Below are positions 8,242 to 17,263 of a DNA stretch of 24,000 bases, in pieces (within the stretch, counting starts at the first letter, position 1; each line of letters begins with the position of its first letter). Source of the DNA: an uncultured Arenicella sp. (GTDB taxonomy: Bacteria; Pseudomonadota; Gammaproteobacteria; Arenicellales; Arenicellaceae); NCBI GenBank assembly GCA_937974565.1, contig CALJWL010000058.1:12567-36566 (forward strand). The letters run 5' to 3'. Position numbers and translations under genes: made by a program. The notes beneath the pieces are model-generated. The model was not told the origin of the DNA, did no database searches, and saw only the letters and a list, made by a program, of their open reading frames with translations.

Positions 8242-8937
8242 TCATAGAAACTCATTAAACGCTGACGCAGCCGCAACCGCGGCTGTTTCAGTACGTAGTA
8301 TGTGATTGCTTAAGGTGAAGCCTTGCGCACCATGAGCCTTTAACGCCATAAACTCAGTATCCGAAAAACCACCTTCAGGGCCAACAAACACCAATGCTTG
8401 GCTTTCTGTACTATTGAGTGTTGGGCGGGTCGCACCGTTTTGATCCGCGTAGAACGTCGACCGCCCTGATTCCAACATGGAATCAAACGTAACTGTGGAG
8501 TCAATTTCCATTAGCCAAGGGTTTTGTGACTGCTTACAAGCCCCAATCGCTATTCGCTCTAGCTTTTCTATGTGAGACTCTTTGACAGAGACGTTTGAAT
8601 ACTCCGTTGTCAGCGGGATAACACGACTTACAGCGAGTTGACAAAGCATATCAATCATGACTTTTTGTCGATCCCCTTTAGGGAAAGCCACCGCCACCCA
8701 TAACTCTAAATTAGGCCGCTGAAAGGTGGTAATGTCGTGTATCTCTAATGCAACTTTTCGGCGATCCGCTTTGGCAATTGTGGCGATGGCTTTCAACCCA
8801 CGCCCATTAATCACCCCAACTTTAGAACCGGTCGTTAAACGACGCGACTGCAATGCATGGGCGCTCTCTGACGGCGATAAATGTATTGCATGATCACCGA
8901 GTTCGAGTGAGTAATGGTAAAAATAAGGCGTGGCCAT
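8242..8937 (-). CDS. rsmE: 16S rRNA (uracil1498-N3)-methyltransferase RsmE
   Basis: 231 aa. C-terminal SPOUT-type block LVFVGPEGGFSDTEF ... LSNHILRTETAAVAA, colinear with E. coli RsmE as I recall it. Confidence 0.85.
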   Translation of the reverse strand: MATPYFYHYSLELGDHAIHLSPSESAHALQSRRLTTGSKVGVINGRGLKAIATIAKADRRKVALEIHDITTFQRPNLELWVAVAFPKGDRQKVMIDMLCQLAVSRVIPLTTEYSNVSVKESHIEKLERIAIGACKQSQNPWLMEIDSTVTFDSMLESGRSTFYADQNGATRPTLNSTESQALVFVGPEGGFSDTEFMALKAHGAQGFTLSNHILRTETAAVAAASAFNEFL

Positions 8938-8961
8938 CGATCTGTTATAAATGCGTTGAGT

Positions 8962-9858
8962 CTACGCTGTTAAATATACGTCGTAATGCACAAGCTTGCT
9001 GGAAAACTGATGCGTAGGGTTACCAAACAACGGGACCGCATAATCTGGCCGCTTCACCACAACCCGTTTAACGCCTGAATTTAACGCCGAGTGCAACAAT
9101 TTATCGGCGTCTAAATCTTGCCCAACCAAGGAGTGCAGTAATTGCATCTGTTTGTTGGTGGCCGCTGACTTTTTCCGTTTAGGCGGGAACATTGGGTCTA
9201 AATAAACGCAATCAAAGCCGAAAGCTTGCTCATTCTCATCCATGGCCGTGTTTGCTCTGGTTCTTATCTTTACACGCATCTCATCACCGGGTTCTTCACA
9301 CAGGCTTGCAATGTCGGAAACACCGTCGGCCCAATGCACAACCGGCACAAAGATGGGCCAACCGCGCGACCGAACAACGCAAGCAAAACGCTCAAAGGCT
9401 TCGCTAAGAATCAAGGCCATCACCGGGTTGCGTTCTAAGATGCTCACTTTATACCCTTGAATAGCCATTAAAAAGGCATCGCCACCCCAGCCGCCGGTAG
9501 CGTCTAAAACCGATCGGCTTTTTTTACCCAGAGCCTGATTAAACGCGCCTTGCTTAGCCACTGGAAAAGATCGGGCTTTTACGGCTTCTTTCACGTAATC
9601 CAAGTGGTAAAAAAGAGGCTTTTTTTTCGACATTTGATGCCAAAAGACAAGCAAACCTTGTTGTGCATCGTAATCTAAAGTTAGGTCGACTGATGGCACT
9701 TCATCATTATCGTGCCCAAGCCGTCGAGCGCCGCTCAGCGCACATGAGTTTATTATCTTATGAGCATAAGACAATGCCGAAAACACGGAAGCTTTGACCA
9801 ACACCAACTGGCCGTTTAACTCAAGTTGAACATCTTTGTAAGCGGACGTATCAATCAT
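8962..9858 (-). CDS. rsmJ: 16S rRNA (guanine1516-N2)-methyltransferase RsmJ, a longer-than-usual form
   Basis: 298 aa. Motifs VLDATGGWGGDAFLMA, ILERNPV, VYLDPMFPPKRKKSAATNKQMQLLHSLVGQDLDADKLL and RVVVKRPDYA are colinear with E. coli RsmJ. Confidence 0.85.
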   Translation of the reverse strand: MIDTSAYKDVQLELNGQLVLVKASVFSALSYAHKIINSCALSGARRLGHDNDEVPSVDLTLDYDAQQGLLVFWHQMSKKKPLFYHLDYVKEAVKARSFPVAKQGAFNQALGKKSRSVLDATGGWGGDAFLMAIQGYKVSILERNPVMALILSEAFERFACVVRSRGWPIFVPVVHWADGVSDIASLCEEPGDEMRVKIRTRANTAMDENEQAFGFDCVYLDPMFPPKRKKSAATNKQMQLLHSLVGQDLDADKLLHSALNSGVKRVVVKRPDYAVPLFGNPTHQFSSKLVHYDVYLTA

Positions 9859-9967
9859 GGAAAGAGAGACGACGTTGGCTCAACTTAGTTTGGTTTTCAT
9901 GCTCACCAACTCGGCAAGCTTGCGCAGGTTTTAGGGCAACCCAAACCAGACAAGTTCGCGCCAAAGC

Positions 9968-11161
9968 CTAAAGAAAATCAACGTCAACTAAAGGGCTTAA
10001 ATCGGCCCCGTAGTCCACCCCATCAATCCCGAAGCCAAACAGCCTTAGGAATTCAGACCGATAAGCGGCAAAATCACTCAACTCATTAAGATTCTCGGTA
10101 GTAACTTGCGGCCATATAGCCTCAACCTTGGCCTGCATTTCAGGCAACAACTCTAGCTCATCAACACGATAGCGCTGCTCATCATCTAAGCGAGGGTTAG
10201 CGCTGTATATACACTCTTTATACAGACGAGCCAACTGTTCAATACAACCTTCATGCGTGCCGGCTGCTTTCATTTCTTTAAATAAAATGGACAGATAAAG
10301 TGGCATAACAGGAATGGCCGAGCTGGCTTGCGTCACTACGGCCTTTAGCACGGACACGTGTGCATCCACATCCAAATTACGGTTCAACTCCGCTGCCGTG
10401 GTGTCCAAATGCTCTTTGGCTTTACCGATGGTTGCATGACCATAAATAGGCTTTGTTAACTTATCACCGATATAAGTGTAAGCCACTGTCTTACACCCTT
10501 TCTCCAGTACGCCGGCATCGCTGAGCGCATTCATCCATAAAGACCAATCTTCACCTCCCATTACCTTAATGGTGTCGGCTATTTCTTGCTCATTTGCAGG
10601 TTCGCATGTGATCTCACCGACCACTTGAGTATCGGTATTCATGTTTTTTGCCGTGTACGCTTCACCAATCGGCTTTAACACTGATGAGTACGTTACGCCA
10701 TCCGTAGGGTCGGTACGACGGGGCGATGCTAGACTGTAAACCACCAGATCAATTTTACCCATATCCGCTTTGATCAATTCAATGGCTTTTTCTTTCGCTT
10801 CATTGGAAAACGCATCACCGTTAATACTTTTAACATATAAGCCATCCGCTTTTGCTTGTGCCTCAAATGCGGCTGAATTATAAAAACCGGCTGACCCAGT
10901 ACGCTTTTCGGTGGGCGGCTTCTCAAAGAACAGGCCCAACGTCTTCGCTCCATAACCATACGCAGCGGTAATACGCGAAGCAAGCCCATAACCGGTTGAC
11001 GAGCCAACCACTAACACGTTTTTGGGTGCCGCAGTCACGTCGGTATTGAGTGCGTCTTTTTGACTTTTAATAAAGTCAATTTGTTGCGCAACATTTTCGG
11101 CGCAACCCACTGGATGTGCATTAGTGCATATAAAACCACGAATTTTTGGACTGATAACCAT
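9968..11161 (-). CDS. fabV: Enoyl-[acyl-carrier-protein] reductase (NADH) FabV
   Basis: 397 aa. N-terminus MVISPKIRGFICTNAHPVGC and the GSSTGYG nucleotide-binding motif are typical of FabV / trans-2-enoyl-CoA reductase. AGGAAG Shine-Dalgarno sequence. Confidence 0.92.
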   Translation of the reverse strand: MVISPKIRGFICTNAHPVGCAENVAQQIDFIKSQKDALNTDVTAAPKNVLVVGSSTGYGLASRITAAYGYGAKTLGLFFEKPPTEKRTGSAGFYNSAAFEAQAKADGLYVKSINGDAFSNEAKEKAIELIKADMGKIDLVVYSLASPRRTDPTDGVTYSSVLKPIGEAYTAKNMNTDTQVVGEITCEPANEQEIADTIKVMGGEDWSLWMNALSDAGVLEKGCKTVAYTYIGDKLTKPIYGHATIGKAKEHLDTTAAELNRNLDVDAHVSVLKAVVTQASSAIPVMPLYLSILFKEMKAAGTHEGCIEQLARLYKECIYSANPRLDDEQRYRVDELELLPEMQAKVEAIWPQVTTENLNELSDFAAYRSEFLRLFGFGIDGVDYGADLSPLVDVDFL

Positions 11162-11192
11162 CTGTCTTACTTCCTATCTATCACGATTTGTT

Positions 11193-11223
11193 AAAAAAAA
11201 GCCGCAGACATCTTACTGCGGCT
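11193..11223 (-). terminator. Rho-independent terminator downstream of ppiD
   Basis: On the minus strand: AGCCGCAG-taagatgt-CTGCGGCT followed by TTTTTTTT. This is a perfect 8-bp stem with a T8 tract. Confidence 0.8.
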
Positions 11224-11268
11224 TTCTGATTTAAAGATCGGCACTGCTTTTGTTTGCTTAACTAAAAG

Positions 11269-13167
11269 TTACAGCAGCTCCTCATTAATAACAGGCTGAA
11301 TGGTCTCTTCCAACCCATTCAGGTAAGCCGTGAACATACTTTGACCATTGCGAGACTCAAGCATCCGGCGAGTTGCGTCTTTAACTTGTTGACTAACCTT
11401 TGTTAGGTCTCCCGGCTCAATTTTACTCAAACGAATAATGTTGAAATCGCCATTTAAGCCAGTAAAAGAATGTACTTTTGTCGCGGCATCACCCAATTGT
11501 ATTTTCATTACTTCACGAATCACTTCGGGGGACGCTTTGCGATCGGTGTCGATCATTGAAACGGTAAAATTTTGCACATCCACGCTCTCATCCGCAGACA
11601 AGCCTGGCCAATCCGACTCAGTGCGCACCAACAATTCAGCGCCGGCTTTTTCAGCCGCGATTCTAGCGCGATCAGATACAAGTTTGGCTCTGATTTCAGC
11701 CGTCACGTCGGCCAGCGGCTTAGGCGCTGACTCCTTAAACTCTTTTTGACGCAACGCCACATACAAGCCGTTGCCTAAATCAATCAATTCAGAGTTAAGC
11801 CCTTCGCTGGCCACTTGCTCGCCAAACGCAGCAGCGCGAACCGCATCGTTGGCCGCGATACCACTGCCTTGGGCACGAGTAAACAAGCTAGTGGTCTTAA
11901 TTTCAGTGTTAAGTAACGCGGCTGCACCTTCAAGTGATTCGGGTTGTTCAAACAAAGTGTTTCGTAATTCCTCTGCTTTTTCACTGGCCAAGTTTTCAGC
12001 CTTGGTCTGCTTTTCATCTTCCGTTAACTCAAAGCGCATTTCATCCAAACTTTTGGCACTGGTTGCATTAACACTTTCAACTTGAATGATATGGTAACCA
12101 AACGGAGACAAAACAGGGTCTGAGATAGCCCCCACTTCGGCGGCAAAGGTTGCGCTTTCGAACTCGGGCACCATTTGGCCTCTTTCTACTTCACCCAAAG
12201 AACCGCCATTGGCACCAGACCCTGGGTCGTCAGAATGTTGTTTTGCCAGTTCTGCGAAATCAGCGCCGCCACGCAACTGTTCCACCAACTCCTGAGCTTT
12301 AGTGCGTTGCTCATCTTCATTTTTATCGCCGCTGGTACTCAATAAAATATGTCGAGTATTACGAGTTTCATCTTCTTGAAAGCTCTCGACGTAACTGTCA
12401 TACGCCGCTTGAATGTCCGCATCAGAGACATTGATACCTTCAGCAATCAATGAGGTATCTAATTCCACATACTCAATAGAGCGACGATCATCTTCCATGT
12501 AATTGTCGGTATTTTCAGCGTAATAGCTGGCAATATCAGCATCACTGACTTCAATTTTATCGTTAAACTGATTGCTGTTGACTGTGATCAGGTCAAACGT
12601 GCGCTTCTCTGCCTGAATGGCCAATACTGACCGAAGCTCATCTGGCAGAACGATGGCAGACTCTTGATACCCTGCACGCACTTGCGCCACTTCAGAATCG
12701 CGGCGAATATTGTCTTCGAATGCTTTTTTGGAAAATGTACCTGAGCTGTTTAAGTAGTTTTGATATAAAGCTGGATCGAATTTACCGTCGGTTTGGAACA
12801 CGGGGTTTTCTTTGATCAGTGACGCCAACTGAGAATCGCCAATTTGGTAATTCTTATCCGCTGCAACGTGCTGTACTAACGCGCGATCAATCATACTTTT
12901 TAGCACATTGCGTTTATAAAAATCACTACTAAAGATATCAGAGCTGGCCAAGCTTGGGTTCGCTTGCGTGGCTCGTTGTTGCTGATTTAACAACTGTTGC
13001 TGAAAGGCTTGTTGATAAATTTTTTGGTCACCTATTTGCACTATCACCGGGCGAGCTTCAGTACTGGCGTATTCTTGTACACCCCAAAACGCCATTGGAA
13101 TGATGATCAGAGCGGCAATAATCCACGCAAACCATCCAGATGAGCGGTCACGAATTTCAGTTAACAT
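11269..13167 (-). CDS. ppiD: Periplasmic chaperone / peptidyl-prolyl isomerase PpiD
   Basis: 632 aa. N-terminal membrane anchor MLTEIRDRSSGWFAWIIAALIIIPMAFWG. Central parvulin-like domain (TRHILL ... GGSLGEVERGQMVPEFE ... SPFGYHIIQVES). AAGGAA Shine-Dalgarno sequence. Confidence 0.9.
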   Translation of the reverse strand: MLTEIRDRSSGWFAWIIAALIIIPMAFWGVQEYASTEARPVIVQIGDQKIYQQAFQQQLLNQQQRATQANPSLASSDIFSSDFYKRNVLKSMIDRALVQHVAADKNYQIGDSQLASLIKENPVFQTDGKFDPALYQNYLNSSGTFSKKAFEDNIRRDSEVAQVRAGYQESAIVLPDELRSVLAIQAEKRTFDLITVNSNQFNDKIEVSDADIASYYAENTDNYMEDDRRSIEYVELDTSLIAEGINVSDADIQAAYDSYVESFQEDETRNTRHILLSTSGDKNEDEQRTKAQELVEQLRGGADFAELAKQHSDDPGSGANGGSLGEVERGQMVPEFESATFAAEVGAISDPVLSPFGYHIIQVESVNATSAKSLDEMRFELTEDEKQTKAENLASEKAEELRNTLFEQPESLEGAAALLNTEIKTTSLFTRAQGSGIAANDAVRAAAFGEQVASEGLNSELIDLGNGLYVALRQKEFKESAPKPLADVTAEIRAKLVSDRARIAAEKAGAELLVRTESDWPGLSADESVDVQNFTVSMIDTDRKASPEVIREVMKIQLGDAATKVHSFTGLNGDFNIIRLSKIEPGDLTKVSQQVKDATRRMLESRNGQSMFTAYLNGLEETIQPVINEELL

Positions 13168-13466
13168 AGTGATTCCTTACAAAGGGTTCAAAAACAATCG
13201 TTCTTATTAATTTTAAGCGCGCCATTATAGTCGAGTGTCGGGACACAAAAAAGGCTAATCAGGGCTTGTGTAATGCCAAGTTTGAACAAAACAAGTTTAA
13301 ACGATGATTACATTGAATCTTTTTATGAGATTATACGCACCTAAATTAGGTCTAAACTATCGGCATCAAGCAGTTCAACGCAGTTTATCAGGGTCTCTGG
13401 GCTTTTATGTGCCTTTGTAACTCTAGGATATACTAAAAATCACAACTAACCTACGAGCCAAGAATA

Positions 13467-16193
13467 ATGAATAGAATCATCATCTCGATGCTCCTGTCCG
13501 CAACCCTAATCGCGACCAACAGTCATGCTGCAACGGACGACATCGATATTCCCTTTACTAAGACCCAATTAGACAATGGGTTAACGCTGATTGTGCATGA
13601 AGATAAAAAAGCCCCTGTTGTTGCGGTTAATGTCTGGTATCACGTTGGCTCCAAAGATGAAAAACTGGGGCGCACGGGCTTTGCGCACCTTTTTGAACAC
13701 TTAATGTTTAACGGTTCTGAGAATTACAACGACGATTGGTTTAAGCCCTTTGATCGAGTTGGCGCCACAGGAATGAATGGCACCACCAACCAAGATCGCA
13801 CAAACTACTATCAAGTGGTTCCTAAAAACGCCTTGGAAATGGCGTTATGGATGGAATCTGATCGCATGGGCCATCTGCTTGGCGCAATTGACCAAGCCAA
13901 ACTGGATGAACAGCGTGGGGTGGTTAAAAACGAGAAGCGTCAAGGTGAAAATCAACCGTACGGGCGCGTCTTTAGCACCATACTCGAAAACGTTTACCCT
14001 AAAGGTCATCCGTATTCGTGGAGTGTGATAGGTTCAATGGAAGATTTGAATGCCGCCACGGTAGAAGACGTACACGAATGGTTTAAAACAAAATACGGTG
14101 CCGCTAATGCAACTCTGACTGTTGCGGGCGATGTCGACACCGCTGAAGTTCAAGGTCTGGTCAAAAAGTACTTTGGCCACATTGACGCTGGCCCTCCTCT
14201 TACCAAGCAGAGTAGCTGGATAGCAAAGCGGCAAGGCAAACACGAACAAATAATGTACGACCGAGTACCCAAAGCACGCCTGTATAAAATTTGGAATGTG
14301 CCTGAGTGGGGAACCGAAGCAGCCGACTTATTAGAGCTTGCTTCGGGCGTGTTGTCTAACGATAAAAAGTCTCGCTTATACAACCGTTTGGTCTACAAAG
14401 AGCAGAAAGCAAACGACATAGCCGCCTTCTCATTTAATTCTGAAATATCCGGCTTATTCGGTGTTATAGCGACCGCGGATAAATCAGAAGACTTGGACTA
14501 TATCAGTCAAGCCATCGACGAAGAACTCGCCAAATTCATGGCAAAAGGTCCGACGAAAGAAGAACTCAGTCGAGTAAAAACATCATCAAGAGCCGGCTTT
14601 ATTCGTGGCTTAGAACGCATTGGAGGCAAAGCTGACTTGTTGGCGCAAAACGAAGTGTTTGGCGGCCGCCCTGACTTTTACAAAACCTCTATAGAACGAT
14701 TCGAGAACGCCTCAGCCAAAGACGTGATGAACGCGGCAAAAACATGGCTAAGTGACGGCGAGTATAGTTTGCGTGTACTGCCCTTCGATCAACACTCAAC
14801 AACCGCCAGCACAGTGGATCGCAGCAAAGGCATTCCAGTGATTGGCGCCGCTCCTCAAGTTAGTTTTGATCGCCTTGAAAGGGCCACACTTAGCAATGGT
14901 TTGAAAGTGATATTGGCAAATCGCAGCGCCGTGCCCGTGGTTCGCATGCAGTTATTGGTGGATGCGGGCTACGCTGCCGATCAAGGCATTAAGCCCGGCA
15001 CAGCCAATTTAACAATGGCCATGCTAGACGAAGGCACCAAGTCAAGGGACGCACTCGACATCAGCAGCAAACTTGCCGCCATGGGCACCAGCCTCAGCAG
15101 CACTGCAAGTTTAGATTCCTCGTCTGTATCACTGAATACATTAAAAGAGAATCTTGATGAGTCTGTGAATATTTTTGCGGATGTTATCTTAAACCCAAGC
15201 TTCCCAAAAGACGAACTTGAACGACTACGCCAACAACAACTAGCCGCAATTGCACAGGAGAAATCCACCCCGTTTGGTGCCGCTCTGAGGGTGTTACCAA
15301 ACATTCTTTACGGTGAAGGCCACGCTTACGCGGCCCCATTCTCAGGTTCAGGCACGGAGGCCAGCGTTGCCTCTATGTCTACCGATGATTTAAGCACATA
15401 TCACAAGACTTGGTTTAAAGCGAATAACGCCACTCTGATTGTGACGGGCGACATCAACTTAACTGAATTGGTGCCGCTGGCTGAAAAAGCGCTGGGAGAA
15501 TTACCGACGGGCAACGTCCCGACCAAAAACATCAGCGACATAGCTCCAATGGCAGATTCTCGAATCTACCTCATTGATCGGCCAGGTTCAGAGCAATCGG
15601 TCATCATCGGCACTAAAATGCTGCCTAAATTTGGTTTTAAGGGTGAGCAAGCCATGCAACTAATGAACGAGGTCTTAGGCGCCAGCTTTAACTCTCGCAT
15701 TAACCTAAATTTACGAGAAGACAAAGGCTGGTCGTATGGCGCTCGCAGCATCGTGCGAGGAACCCAAGCTCAACGTCCGTTTATCACTTACGCCCCCGTG
15801 CAAACCGATAAAACCGCTGAGTCGTTATTAGAACTGTACGGTGAGGTTAAATCAATCCGAAGTGATCGACCGGCGTCTGCTGAAGAATTGGCCAGATCAT
15901 TAGATAAGAAGATTCTAACTCTGCCCGGTCGATGGGAGACTGCAGCGGCCGTTCAGGGTGATATCGTCACGCTGGCACGCTACGGCCTTGATGAAAGTTA
16001 CTGGGACAACTACGTGACCGAATTAAGGCAAATAGATCTGGCGCAAGTAAATGATGCCGCCAAAGAACATATGCAACCCGATAACATGCTTTGGGTCATT
16101 GTTGGTGATCGTTCTCGTGTCGAACAAGCCATACGCGACACTAAAATCGGCGAAGTCATATTGGTCGATGCTGAAGGCAAAGCCGTTCAATAG
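13467..16193 (+). CDS. Secreted M16 (pitrilysin/insulinase) family zinc peptidase, a fused two-half form
   Basis: 908 aa. Signal peptide MNRIIISMLLSATLIATNSHA. Inverted zinc motif HLFEHLMFNG near residue 74. The second half (from about residue 470) is M16-like but lacks HxxEH. Confidence 0.9.
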   Translation: MNRIIISMLLSATLIATNSHAATDDIDIPFTKTQLDNGLTLIVHEDKKAPVVAVNVWYHVGSKDEKLGRTGFAHLFEHLMFNGSENYNDDWFKPFDRVGATGMNGTTNQDRTNYYQVVPKNALEMALWMESDRMGHLLGAIDQAKLDEQRGVVKNEKRQGENQPYGRVFSTILENVYPKGHPYSWSVIGSMEDLNAATVEDVHEWFKTKYGAANATLTVAGDVDTAEVQGLVKKYFGHIDAGPPLTKQSSWIAKRQGKHEQIMYDRVPKARLYKIWNVPEWGTEAADLLELASGVLSNDKKSRLYNRLVYKEQKANDIAAFSFNSEISGLFGVIATADKSEDLDYISQAIDEELAKFMAKGPTKEELSRVKTSSRAGFIRGLERIGGKADLLAQNEVFGGRPDFYKTSIERFENASAKDVMNAAKTWLSDGEYSLRVLPFDQHSTTASTVDRSKGIPVIGAAPQVSFDRLERATLSNGLKVILANRSAVPVVRMQLLVDAGYAADQGIKPGTANLTMAMLDEGTKSRDALDISSKLAAMGTSLSSTASLDSSSVSLNTLKENLDESVNIFADVILNPSFPKDELERLRQQQLAAIAQEKSTPFGAALRVLPNILYGEGHAYAAPFSGSGTEASVASMSTDDLSTYHKTWFKANNATLIVTGDINLTELVPLAEKALGELPTGNVPTKNISDIAPMADSRIYLIDRPGSEQSVIIGTKMLPKFGFKGEQAMQLMNEVLGASFNSRINLNLREDKGWSYGARSIVRGTQAQRPFITYAPVQTDKTAESLLELYGEVKSIRSDRPASAEELARSLDKKILTLPGRWETAAAVQGDIVTLARYGLDESYWDNYVTELRQIDLAQVNDAAKEHMQPDNMLWVIVGDRSRVEQAIRDTKIGEVILVDAEGKAVQ

Positions 16194-16234
16194 TTAGTTG
16201 ACCCACCCGAGTTAGCTAACCCAAAGCGCTAATG

Positions 16235-16267
16235 AAAGGCCATGAGCGCAAGCTTATGGCCTTTTTT
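16235..16267 (+). terminator. Rho-independent terminator after the M16 peptidase gene, possibly bidirectional
   Basis: AAAGGCCATGAGC-gca-AGCTTATGGCCTTT, with one G-U pair in the stem, followed by TTTTTTATT. The reverse strand shows the same hairpin followed by TTTCATT. Confidence 0.8.
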
Positions 16268-16337
16268 ATTGCTCACGCTTTTATTGCTCAAGGATTGCCA
16301 AATTCAAATGTCTGATTAGCATGGAAAGAAAAAAATT

Positions 16338-16368
16338 AAGATAACTAAGATAACTAACGATAACTAAG
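16338..16368. repeat. Short tandem repeat, three copies of about 9 bp (AAGATAACT AAGATAACT AACGATAACT)
   Basis: Read directly in the intergenic DNA between the peptidase terminator and the tRNA array. Confidence 0.6.
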
Positions 16369-16425
16369 GCTCAATACGCGATTTAACGAATGCCGTTTAA
16401 CATTAGACGCGTGGATCCAAAAAGT

Positions 16426-16502
16426 TGGCGGAGCGGACGGGACTCGAACCCGCGACCCCCGGCGTGACAGGCCGGTATTCTAACCAACTGAACTACCGCT
16501 CC
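16426..16502 (-). tRNA. tRNA-Asp (anticodon GUC), CCA encoded
   Basis: The reverse complement GGAGCGGTAGTTCAGTTGGTTAGAATACCGGCCTGTCACGCCGGGGGTCGCGGGTTCGAGTCCCGTCCGCTCCGCCA folds as a cloverleaf. It is nearly identical to E. coli tRNA-Asp. Confidence 0.97.
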
Positions 16503-16570
16503 AGCTTGCTAACATCCTTAAAGTTTATTACTTTTCCCTTACAAAATTAATCTACGGACTGTGCTAGAAA

Positions 16571-16598
16571 GACAAAACCCTCAGCTATTAACTGAGGG
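16571..16598 (-). terminator. Terminator-like hairpin between the two tRNA-Asp genes
   Basis: On the minus strand: CCCTCAG-ttaatag-CTGAGGG followed by TTTTGTCTTTC. This is a 7-bp stem plus a T-rich tail. Confidence 0.45.
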
Positions 16599-16622
16599 CT
16601 TGCTATTCGGGAAACTTGAAAA

Positions 16623-16699
16623 TGGCGGAGCGGACGGGACTCGAACCCGCGACCCCCGGCGTGACAGGCCGGTATTCTAACCAACTGAACTACCGCTCC
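16623..16699 (-). tRNA. tRNA-Asp (anticodon GUC), second copy
   Basis: 77 nt, 100% identical to 16426-16502. Confidence 0.97.
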
Positions 16700-16814
16700 G
16701 CATTTCCAAATTTAAACTCTTTTACAGTGCTATAAGATCTCACTCATACCAAATTAGAAGTGAATCTTAAGCAGTTAAGTAAAATTTCAACAATTTAACT
16801 TAAACTCAAAAGAA

Positions 16815-16890
16815 TGGTGGGCGTTAGTGGACTTGAACCACTGACCCTCGCCTTGTAAGGGCGATGCTCTACCAACTGAGCTAAACGCCC
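16815..16890 (-). tRNA. tRNA-Val (anticodon UAC), CCA encoded
   Basis: The reverse complement GGGCGTTTAGCTCAGTTGGTAGAGCATCGCCCTTACAAGGCGAGGGTCAGTGGTTCAAGTCCACTAACGCCCACCA gives a complete cloverleaf with anticodon loop CUUACAA. Confidence 0.97.
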
Positions 16891-16904
16891 GAATCTTGCC
16901 AAAT

Positions 16905-16965
16905 CGGAGGCGAATAATAGCAGAAGTATCGAAGCTTGCAAGCAAGTTTTTAAATTTTTTCAAAC
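16905..16965 (-). promoter_or_regulatory. Sigma70-type promoter of the tRNA Val-Asp-Asp array, with an A/T-rich UP-like element and a GC-rich discriminator
   Basis: On the minus strand: GAAAAAATTTAAAAAC (UP-like), TTGCAA (16941-16936), a 16-bp spacer, TATTAT (16919-16914), then the discriminator TCGCCTCCG. The predicted start is about 15-20 nt before tRNA-Val. Confidence 0.55.
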
Positions 16966-17263
16966 TTATCTAGGCACCCTGTAAGTAAGCCTCTAAGTCT
17001 TGCTGCTGCTGGCCTTTCAACTGCTCTACCCTCCAACGCGGCGCTAGTTTAATGCATATAAAATTCTATGCAATCACTTTTTCTAATTTCTCAAAAATTC
17101 GCTAAACAACTCCTGTAAAATGGGTTTAAGAAGGCATACTCAACGCTAGTCGCAATCACAAAAAAGTCTGAGAGATTAGTTAGGCTCGTGCCTCTAATAC
17201 TGAGTGGCTCTTTTTAAGATGAAACATCTCAATCCTGCGTCAGTTTAATTTACAATCGGTTCT

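Noticed and set aside
9192-9460. Three overlapping plus-strand ORFs (70-72 aa) in all three frames.
   Set aside because: They lie antisense inside the well-supported rsmJ gene. They are basic and low-complexity, have no ribosome-binding sites and have no recognisable motifs.
16338-16368. The tandem 9-bp repeats, considered as a CRISPR array or a replication iteron set.
   Set aside because: The units are far too short, there are no spacers, there are only three copies, and there are no cas or rep genes nearby.
17040-17263. Tiny ORFs (9-17 aa: MHIKFYAITFSNFSKIR, MQSLFLISQKFAKQLL, MGLRRHTQR, MKHLNPASV), considered as possible precursor peptides for the hydroxylase/sulfotransferase enzymes.
   Set aside because: They have no Shine-Dalgarno sequences and no Asp/Asn/Tyr-rich core or leader-like features. 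ORFs of this size are expected by chance in AT-rich intergenic DNA. The same applies to the 13-aa ORF just downstream of the TBDR terminator, at about 23370-23410 on the minus strand.
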